In this document: piece after piece, positions 1 through 8,065 of the stretch
How positions within the stretch are numbered: position 1 is the stretch's first letter
Layout: each line of letters starts with the position of its first letter
From: Leptonemataceae bacterium
GTDB lineage: Bacteria > Spirochaetota > Leptospiria > Leptospirales > Leptonemataceae
Length of the DNA stretch: 64,000 nucleotides
NCBI GenBank assembly: GCA_965227295.1
Contig: OZ245742.1
Coordinates: forward strand, 32,001-96,000
Direction: 5' to 3'
Notes under the pieces: generated by a model
The model's input: the letters and a program-made list of their open reading frames with translations, nothing else
Databases searched by the model: none
What the model was told of the DNA's origin: nothing
Program-made: the position numbers and the translations under genes

Positions 1-68
1 TCGAATTCGGCTCGCAGTTAAATCAGGAACTTGTCGACGGCGGATTGGCGGTGCGGTACGATCTATAA
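1..68 (+). CDS. 3' end of a gene, probably thermonuclease (SNase-like) family
   Basis: Frame reads EFGSQLNQELVDGGLAVRYDL* (TAA 66-68), resembling the SNase C-terminal LNxELVxxGLA motif; truncated by window edge. Confidence 0.4.
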   Translation, partial: EFGSQLNQELVDGGLAVRYDL

Positions 69-93
69 TGTACTCTCAGATGATGTTTGTCCT

Positions 94-244
94 CGTGATC
101 GTCTTCCGTGATCGTCTTCCGTGATCGTCTTCCGTGATCGTCTTCCGTGATCGTCTTCCGTGATCGTCTTCCGTGATCGTCTTCCGTGATCGTCTTCCGT
201 GATCGTCTTCCGTGATCGTCTTCCGTGATCGTCTTCCGTGATCG
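94..244. repeat. Perfect tandem repeat, 13-bp unit CGTGATCGTCTTC x11 plus 8 nt
   Basis: Units start at 94,107,...,237 with no spacers. Confidence 0.97.
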
Positions 245-345
245 CGGGTTAGTCTCTCTTTATCTCAAGCTTGTACCGTTTCCTGATTCGGCCGTCCGTG
301 GTTCTCTTGCCGCTGATGATGTTCTTTGTCTCTCTTTCGTTCTTG

Positions 346-2329
346 GTCGCGGTAGAACGGCCGGTTGCCCGGCCGCCCCCGCACAGATCCCGGCGTGCGG
401 TATTCTCGCACCGGGCTCTTCGAAAGCACTCGCTTCCACATAAAGTCAATTCAGAGTAAGTCGCAACTGAGATACTGGTCGTTCCATGATGCGCGGTTTT
501 TCGATCCGGTAGTGCGCCATCAGATCCCTCAGCCCCTGCCAGTCCAGACTCCGGCGCTGACTGCGCCGATTGAGCCACTTGTACAGATTCATTTCCACCT
601 GATAGTAGAAGCTTCGTATACTCTTGTAGTTGCATTGGACGCCATAATAGTTATAGTATCCACGCAGCCGGGAGTTCAGAAGATTGAAGAACCTGCGCAT
701 GGGTAGATGCCGATTCGCTTTAATCCACTGCTTCACATTCTGGATCGACGCATGCAATCGCTTTGGAGCGGTGCGACGCGGAACCCACCAGAACCCCTTT
801 CGAGAACGAGCCCAGCGGTATTCAAAGCCTAGAAATACGAACGCCTCACGCCCGGTATTGAACTTCGCGCGGAAGCCCGGGCGCTCGAAACTTTTCACTC
901 CTGACTTTTCCGGCGCCAGTTCCAGACCAAACTTTCGCAAACGTTTTCCAAGCGTCGCATAGAATTTCAGCGCATCGTCTTTGGATTCAAAGGCGCAAAC
1001 AAAATCGTCCGCGTATCGACACATATAGGCCGGTCTCTTGCAGTGCTTCTTCACCACTTTCTCGAACCAGAGGTCCAGTACGTAATGAAGATAGACGTTC
1101 GCCAGAACCGGACTGATCACGCCGCCTTGAGGAGTCCCAGCGGTCGGGCGCGAGACCTGACCGTTTACCTCCAGCACGCCTGCTTTCAGCCACTTGCGAA
1201 TCAGACCGAGAAAGGCCCGATCATCGATTCGTTGCTCCAGCATTCGCATCAACCAATCATGGTCAATGTTGTCGAAGAAACCCTTGATGTCGGCTTCCAC
1301 AATCCAGCCGAGCTTCCCCGGACTCAAAGTTGAACTCAGAGTCTTCGAAGCCTCACGCGGACCGGTGTTCGGCCGATAACCATACGAACACGACAGGAAG
1401 TCTTGCTCATAGATCGCTTCAAGGATACGCGTCGCGCATGTTTGTACCAGTTTGTCTTCGAGGGCCGGCAATCCAAGCGGACGTTGTTTTCCGTCCGCTT
1501 TCGGGATAAAGACCCTGCGAATCAGTTTTGTTCGGTATCGTTTCTGTTTTAAGCGTTCCACCAGATCCCCGACATTTTCCGTAAGGTTCGCTTCGTAGTC
1601 GCGAAACGTTTCACGGTCCACGCCCGGAGCCGCCCGGCGATTCATTCCTGCGAACGAATCTTCGAGATTCATCTGGTTGAGCATCCCATACAGATTACGA
1701 AACAGATGTTTCTTACTCCTCCTCGCTTTATTTGCTATTGCCCGTAGTGAGGTTTGCATCAGTTGTTCCGATCCTGCCGTCCGGCTGATGTTGACTCTGC
1801 GAGCTGCGTACTTTCGTCAGCCCCTTCCCCGATCATCGCGCATCGCACGCGAAGACCGAACCCGTCGAAACTCCATTCGAGTTTCATTCGATTCTGTGGA
1901 CGGCTCTCCCGCCCTCTGAGTACTATGGGCTGATCCGACTCCCCGTTGATCATCATTCTTCCTTGTTCATTCGGTCAGAATTACCTTCGCTATCGTCGAA
2001 GGAACCAACGGGGTCTCCCGGGTTCCACGATGTTTCTCTGCATACATGCCGCGCTCAAGCGACCCCGACAGACCTCCAGAATCTCGCTAAAACGATTCCT
2101 TTGTGCTGGTTTCCATCTGACCAATGATGTCACCGTCTGCATCTATGGCATTTTACGAGGCTCAACAGCTTCCGGGAGTGTGGACTCCCCTACGGCCTGC
2201 ATGCTTCCCTGTGTACGCTTCGTGTGGCGGTTACCCGCTTCCACGCAACACTCGGTAGAAGTTGTTCGCTAAACTTTACTTCATATGGACTTTCACCTTA
2301 TCAGAAACATCGGGCTTTGCCCGGCGCAC
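346..2329 (-). mobile_element. Group II intron 1 (IEP without endonuclease domain)
   Basis: 5' GTGCG at 2329; domain V/VI (GAGCCCGGTGCG...CACGCCGGGATC...CTACCGCGAC) ending AC at 346; EBS1 UGGUCA loop (2118-2123) pairs with 5' exon UGGCCA. Confidence 0.92.
446..1759 (-). CDS. ltrA: Group II intron reverse transcriptase/maturase (RT+X, no HNH)
   Basis: APGVD, RPLGLP, SYGYRP, GTPQGG, YADD motifs; maturase X domain GYYNYY. Confidence 0.95.
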   Translation of the reverse strand: MQTSLRAIANKARRSKKHLFRNLYGMLNQMNLEDSFAGMNRRAAPGVDRETFRDYEANLTENVGDLVERLKQKRYRTKLIRRVFIPKADGKQRPLGLPALEDKLVQTCATRILEAIYEQDFLSCSYGYRPNTGPREASKTLSSTLSPGKLGWIVEADIKGFFDNIDHDWLMRMLEQRIDDRAFLGLIRKWLKAGVLEVNGQVSRPTAGTPQGGVISPVLANVYLHYVLDLWFEKVVKKHCKRPAYMCRYADDFVCAFESKDDALKFYATLGKRLRKFGLELAPEKSGVKSFERPGFRAKFNTGREAFVFLGFEYRWARSRKGFWWVPRRTAPKRLHASIQNVKQWIKANRHLPMRRFFNLLNSRLRGYYNYYGVQCNYKSIRSFYYQVEMNLYKWLNRRSQRRSLDWQGLRDLMAHYRIEKPRIMERPVSQLRLTLN

Positions 2330-2458
2330 TGGCCACACGCCCCACGCATTTGTGGCCACAAATCTCCACCGAGCCTTTTTGTGAATTTCTGCTGGACAGC
2401 TTCACTGTACGGCATCGACCCTCGTTTCATGTCCGCAGCCGCTCGAAATTCCGCGCAT

Positions 2459-3712
2459 ATCTCCGGTCTCGAATCCACACATAGCCGCCAGCCCGCGCGC
2501 GGCGGGCGCCGGTCCGCCGCGCGCGGGCTGGCGGCGACTGCTCCGCAACAATCGCAGCGGGGCGGCGAAATCGCGCGCGTTCTCGGGAGCCCCGCCCGTG
2601 AGACTCACGGCCGCGCCCAAACAACGCCCCCCAGGCGAGCGCCCGCTGCGAAAACAAGATTCAATGCGCGATTTCCACAGCTGAATCTGTTCCATTATAC
2701 GGCGCTCGCGCAGGATGTACTCGCGCGCACCTATCCGAGGTTCTGTTCGCACTGCGAAACGGAAATGCGCACGCCCGTGGCCGGGCGCGAGACCGCGGTG
2801 CGTTGCGCAACCTGTCATCACATGGGCTCGCGCACGGCGGGCACACCCTTGGACCACTTAAAGTTACCTCTTTGGACGTTTAGCTACGTCCTCGGCGAGG
2901 CCGTACAGACGTTCCCGCAGATGATCTCCGCGGCGCAGATTCAAAGACGGCTCGGGTGTTCGAAACAGGCTTCGCTCAATCTCAAACGGCGGTTGCAGTT
3001 GTTCCTCACGGACCTCGTGCCCGCCGTTCGCGAACTGGTGAAGCGCGACCTTGAAGATGCGTTTTCGGACCTGAAATTGCCTGAGAATCAGGACGTTTCG
3101 AAGTTCGTCGCGAACAAGCCCGTAGTCCACAGTGACACCCTCGCCTTATTCTCGGCAACGCAACGTTCGAACGGCGGTCGTGCGAGATGGAAGCACACCG
3201 GACAAACTGCGAGCATTTATCTCTCGGATAAGGTCGCGGAGCAACGCGGCAAGGTTCAGATCGGAACGCTCGCACATACCGTTGCGATTAAGAACGGACC
3301 GGTGTTACTCACGTCCGTTCGCGATCAAACGCAGAAGAGTCTGGAGCCGGCTTTTAACTTCCTACCCCGCAACACTGCGATAATGACAGACGAAGGCACG
3401 CCGTGGCTTTCGCGTTACTTCCCGAATCATCGCGCCGTGAATCACTCAGCGCGTGCGAAAGACAAACAGCGCAGCAAGTGGGCGCGGGATCGCTGGAGTC
3501 GCAACGGCGTGCACAACCAGGTCGCCGAAGGCAACCAGCGCATCGTTAAGATGTCTTTCCTGGCAGCTTACGGATACTTCGACCCGAAGCATTCGCAGTT
3601 GTATCTCAACGAATACTCCGCACTCAAGGCACTGAAGATCCACGGCCTCGATAGCCTGCTTTCTTTATCAAATGCGGCCGATGTGCGGAATGTAGACCAC
3701 AGATTGTTCTAG
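2459..3712 (+). mobile_element. IS1595-family (ISXO2-like) element, unit 1, type A leader; transposase start codon unclear
   Basis: CxxC..CxxC zinc ribbon, HTH (ISAAQIQRRLG), DDE motifs HSDT/MTDEG/VNHS/HNQVAEG/LYLNEY; imperfect TIRs ATCTCCGGTCTCGAATCCACAC ... GTGCGGAATGTAGACCACAGAT. Confidence 0.85.
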
Positions 3713-4975
3713 ATCTCCGGTCTCGAATCCGCACAGGCCCGCGAGCGCGCGCACCGAGGTTCTGTAACCTCGGCGCGCGCGCTCGCGGGGCGGGCCGTGT
3801 CAGACTCGCAGCGGTGCGGCGAAATCGCGCGCGTTCTCGGCGGCCCCGCCCGTGAGACTCACGGCCGCGCCCAAAAAACGCCCCCCGCTGGCCGCAAAAG
3901 AAAGGGACCGGCCAAGGACCTCCGGTCCTCGCGATTCCCGCATGTTAACGTTCCGTACTTAACGGAATTTACGCAGGACGTCCTTGCGCGGGCGTATCCG
4001 AAATTCTGTCCGCACTGCGAAACGCAAATGCAAACGCCCGTGGCCGGGCGCGAGACGGCCGTACGCTGCGGCGAGTGTCATTTCATGGGCTCGCGCACGG
4101 CGGGCACGCCTCTTGACCATTTCAAGTTGCCGCTGTGGACCTTCGGCTATCTTCTCGGCGAATCGGTCCAGTTGTTCCCGCTCATGATCTCCGCCGCACA
4201 GATTCGCCGGCGGCTCGGTGTATCTAAGAGCACATCGCTGTTACTTAAGCGGCGCCTGCAATTGTTCCTCACGGATCTGCTTCCGGCCGTCCGCGAGATG
4301 ATGCGCCGCGATCTGGAAACTTCCTGGAATTGCGAGAAATTGCCTGAAAATGGCGACGTTTCAGAAGTCGTTGCGAACAAGCCCGTGGTGCATTCGGACA
4401 CGCTCGCGTTGTTCTCTGCCACGCAACGAAGCAACGGTGGCCGCGCTCGTTGGAAGCACACGGGGCAGACTGCGAGCATCTATCTTTCGGACAAGGTCGC
4501 GGAAGAGCGTGGCAAGCTTCAAATCGGAACGCTTGCGCACACTGTTGCGCTAAAGAACGGGCCGGTGTTGTTTACGTCCGTGCGTGATCAGACGCAGAAG
4601 AGTTTGCAACAATCGTTCGACTTCGTTCCGAAGAACTCAGTGATCATGACGGATGATGGCACACCGTGGTTGTCGCGCTACTTTCGGAATCACCGTGCAA
4701 TCAACCACAGTGCGCGAGCGAAAGACGGCAAGCGGTGTAAGTGGGCGCGTGATCGGTGGTGCAAGGACGGCGTGCACAACCAGGTCGCCGAAGGAAACCA
4801 GCGCATCCTTAAGATGTCTTTTCTGGCAGCTTATGGTTACTTCACGCCGGAGTACTCGCAGTTGTATCTCAACGAATACGCCGGACTGAAAGCGCTCAAG
4901 GTTCACGGTCTCGATGAACTCATTTCACCCGCGAATCGGCCAGTTGTGGGGATTGTAGACCCCAGATTGTTCTAG
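3713..4975 (+). mobile_element. IS1595-family element, unit 2, type B leader; transposase ORF 3797..4975 (GTG start)
   Basis: Same motifs as unit 1 with diverged protein; TIR pair; abuts unit 1 through TGTTCTAG. Confidence 0.85.
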
Positions 4976-6228
4976 ATCTCCGGTCTACAATCCACACATA
5001 GCCGCCAGCCCGCGCGCGGCGGGCGCCGGTCCGCCGCGCGCGGGCTGGCGGCGACTGCTCCGCAACAATCGCAGGGGGGCGGCGAAATCGCGCGCGTTCT
5101 CGGCAGCCCCGCCCGTGAGACTCACGGCCGCGCCCAAAAAACGCCCCCCCGCCAGGACCCCGCTGCGAAAACTAAATTCAATGCGCGATTTCCTCAGCTA
5201 AACTTAGGCTACTATACCGGGCTCGCGCAGGATGTTCTGGCGCGGACGTATCCGAAGTTCTGCCCGCATTGCGAAACCGAGATGCGCACGCCGGTGGCCG
5301 GGCGCGAGACCGCGGTACGCTGCGAAACCTGTCACTACATGGGCTCGCGCACGGCGGGAACGCCGCTGGATCACTTAAAGTTACCTCTGTGGACATTTGC
5401 GTATATCCTCGGCGAGGCCGTGCAAACATTTCCGCAGATGATCTCGGCCGCGCAGATTAAGCGGCGGCTCGGTTGCTCGAAACAGGCGTCGTTGAACCTC
5501 AAGCGGCGGTTGCAGTTGTTCCTCACGGACCTGCTGCCGGCCGTGCGGGAACTCGTGAAGCACGAACTCGAAGATGCGTTTTCGGAACTGAAATTGCCTG
5601 AAAATCAGGACATTTCGAAGATCGTCGCGAATAAGCCCGTGGTGCACAGCGATACGCTCGCGTTGTTCTCCGCGACGCAGCGCAGTAACGGCGGTCGTGC
5701 AAGATGGAAGCACACGGGACAAACCGCATCGATCTATCTTTCGGACAAAGTCGCGGAGCAGCGGGGCAAGGTTCAGATCGGAACGCTTGCGCATACCGTC
5801 GCGCTTAAGAACGGGCCGGTGTTACTTACGTCCGTTCGCGACCAAACACAGAAAAGTCTAAGCCGTCTTTTAACTTCATGCCGCGCTACACTGCGATTAT
5901 GACGGACGAAGGCACGCCGTGGCTCTCGCGCTACTTTCCGAACCACCGCGCGGTAAATCACAGCGCGCGGGCGAAAGACAAACAACGCAGCAAGTGGGCG
6001 CGGGATCGCTGGTGTAAGAACGGCGTGCACAATCAGGTCGCCGAAGGAAATCAGCGGATCGTTAAGATGAGTTTTCTCGCAGCTTACGGCTACTTTGACC
6101 CGAGGCACTCGCAGTTGTATCTCAACGAATACTCGACGCTCAAAGCACTGAAGATTCACGGCCTTGATTCTTTAGTTTCTTTAGCAAATGCGTCTGGTGT
6201 GCGGAATGTAGACCACAGATTGTACTAG
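4976..6228 (+). mobile_element. IS1595-family element, unit 3, type A leader; transposase frameshifted near 5860
   Basis: ORFs 5282..5902 and 5878..6228 are the two halves; AGTCTAAGCCG versus AGTCTGGAGCCG in unit 1 is a 1-nt deletion. Confidence 0.85.
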
Positions 6229-6290
6229 CAGGCTGCTGAAAAAGTCGAAATTTCCTGGCGATTTCGCGGTGCCTGTTCAAATTCTGTCGC

Positions 6291-7379
6291 ATGCGCGGCG
6301 AAGAGGAAAAGCAACCGAGTATCTGGAGTCACGTTTCGATGGAGGACCGGATTCCGGCAAACCATCCGTTGCGTGACATTCGCAAGCTGACGGATGCGGT
6401 CCTCGCGAAACTGAGCGATCGATTCGATGAAATGTATCCGGCCTTCGGTCGCCCATCGATTCCGCCAGAGTATTTGTTGCGCGCGCTTTTGCTGCAAGTG
6501 CTGTTCAGTGTACGCAGCGAACGTCAGTTGATGGAGCAAACGAACTACAATCTGCTCTATCGCTGGTTCATCGGGTTGAGCGCCGACGATCCCGTCTGGG
6601 ATGCGAGCGTCTTTTCAAAGAATCGTGATCGTCTGATGGAAGGCGGTATCGCCGACGAATTCTTTCGTGGCGTGCTGGAAGTGGCGGATGATCGCGGGCT
6701 GATCAGCGAAGAACATTTCACCGTGGATGCCACGTTGCTGGAGGCTGCGGCGAGCCTGAAGAGCTTCCAGAAAAAAGACGGTCGGCAATCCCCCTCGGAT
6801 GATGATCCGGGCAATCCGTTCGTGAGCTTTCACGGCGAAAAGCGCCGCAACGATACACATGAATCCACGACCGATCCAGATGCGAAGCTATTCCGCAAAG
6901 GCAACGGCAAAGAGGCCCGGCTGGTTTACATAGGGCATGTCCTTATGGAAAACCGTAACTGCCTCGCTGTGATGGCCGGCGTGACTCGCGCAACCGGAAC
7001 GGCGGAACGCGATGCGGCAGCCATCTTCATGAAGGAACTACGCCGAAGCAATCATCGGCCCCGCGTAACTCTGGGCGCCGACAAAGGCTACGATGCTAAA
7101 GCATTCGTAGAAGAACTTAAAGCGATCCGAATCGTGCCGCATATCGCGCAGAAGAGCCGGTCCAGTGCCGTCGATTATCGAACGGCCCGCAGCCCCGCCT
7201 ATGCCGTAAGTCAACGTCGACGCAAAGCCGTCGAAGAAATTTTCGGCTGGCTGAAGTCGGTCGGCCTGTGCAGGAAGATGCGCTTCCGCGGCCCGGATCG
7301 CGTTGGGTGGATCTTCCGCTTCGCTGTTGCCGTCTACAACTTGCTGCGAATCAGAAACCTGGAAGAGGGTACCGCATGA
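6291..7379 (+). CDS. IS5-family DDE transposase (DUF772 + DDE_Tnp_1)
   Basis: GRPSIPPE, RSERQL, VDATL, TDPDA, GADKGYD, VEEIFGWLK motifs. Confidence 0.93.
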   Translation: MRGEEEKQPSIWSHVSMEDRIPANHPLRDIRKLTDAVLAKLSDRFDEMYPAFGRPSIPPEYLLRALLLQVLFSVRSERQLMEQTNYNLLYRWFIGLSADDPVWDASVFSKNRDRLMEGGIADEFFRGVLEVADDRGLISEEHFTVDATLLEAAASLKSFQKKDGRQSPSDDDPGNPFVSFHGEKRRNDTHESTTDPDAKLFRKGNGKEARLVYIGHVLMENRNCLAVMAGVTRATGTAERDAAAIFMKELRRSNHRPRVTLGADKGYDAKAFVEELKAIRIVPHIAQKSRSSAVDYRTARSPAYAVSQRRRKAVEEIFGWLKSVGLCRKMRFRGPDRVGWIFRFAVAVYNLLRIRNLEEGTA

Positions 7380-7406
7380 TCGCAAATGCTAACTTGCGCA
7401 ATACAA

Positions 7407-7589
7407 GCGTTAGGGATGCGCAGGGGGCCGCGCAGCGGCAGTCCGGAGCGCGAAGCGCGGAGGACCGAAGCGAACGCAGAGCCCGGAGCAGCCCGGCGCC
7501 CGGCCGGCTTCAGAGGGGAAGGAGCGAACAGCGGCCCCGTCCAGCGGGGCCTTGTTGGCGCCGGCCGGGCGCAACGCCCAAATGAATTT
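7407..7589 (+). repeat. REP/MITE-like structured repeat, copy 1 (inside the IS5 element)
   Basis: GCGTTAGGGATGCG...CAGTCCGGAGCGCGAAGCGCG..GGACCG.AGCGAA...ACGCCCAAA.GAATT, shared with 10589-10726 and 63119-63240. Confidence 0.75.
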
Positions 7590-7631
7590 CACAGATTCCG
7601 CTTTCGAATGACTTTTTCAGCAGCCTGCTAG

Positions 7632-8062
7632 ATCTCCGGTCTCGAATCCGCACAGGCCCGCGAGCGCGCGCACCGAGGTTCTGTAACCTCGGCGCGCGCG
7701 CTCGCGGCAGGGGCCGTGTCAGACTCGCAGCGGGGCGGCGAAATCGCGCGCGTTCTCGGCGACCCCGCCCTTGAAAATCACGGCCGCGGCCCTCTTTCGC
7801 CCCCCTGCAACACACCCCCGGCCAAACTGCGATTCAATGCGCGATTTCCTCAGCTGAATTTGTTCTATTATAACGCGCTCGCGCAGGATGTTCTCGCGCG
7901 GGCGTATCCGAAGTTCTGTCCGCACTGTGAAACGGAGATGCGCACGCCGGTGGCCGGGCGCGAGACCGCGGTGCGGTGTGGTGAGTGTCACTTCATGGCG
8001 TCGCGCACGGCGGGCACGCCGCTGGATCACTTAAAGTTACCTCTGTGGACGTTTGCGTATGT
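7632..8062 (+). pseudogene. IS1595-family element, unit 4, type B leader, truncated after the zinc ribbon
   Basis: Leader nearly identical to unit 2; ORF from 7716 matches units 1-3 up to LWTFAYV, then similarity stops. Confidence 0.85.
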
Positions 8063-8065
8063 TGT

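Larger units (their letters stand above)
6229..7627 (+). mobile_element. IS5/IS1182-type insertion sequence, 1399 bp, with CTAG target duplication
   Basis: TIRs CAGGCTGCTGAAAAAGTC / GACTTTTTCAGCAGCCTG; CTAG at 6225-6228 and 7628-7631. Confidence 0.93.

Noticed and set aside
94-244. CRISPR array
   Set aside because: Contiguous 13-bp units with no spacers and no cas genes
2285-2458. ATG at 2285 as the start of transposase 1
   Set aside because: It lies inside the antisense intron, outside the element left end at 2459
2484-2535. Array hairpins as integron attC sites
   Set aside because: No RYYYAAC/GTTRRRY boxes or extrahelical bases, and no integron integrase in the window
3705-3790. Pyrrolysine insertion at the junction TAG
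   Set aside because: No pyl genes or tRNA in the window; kept only as a generic read-through hypothesis
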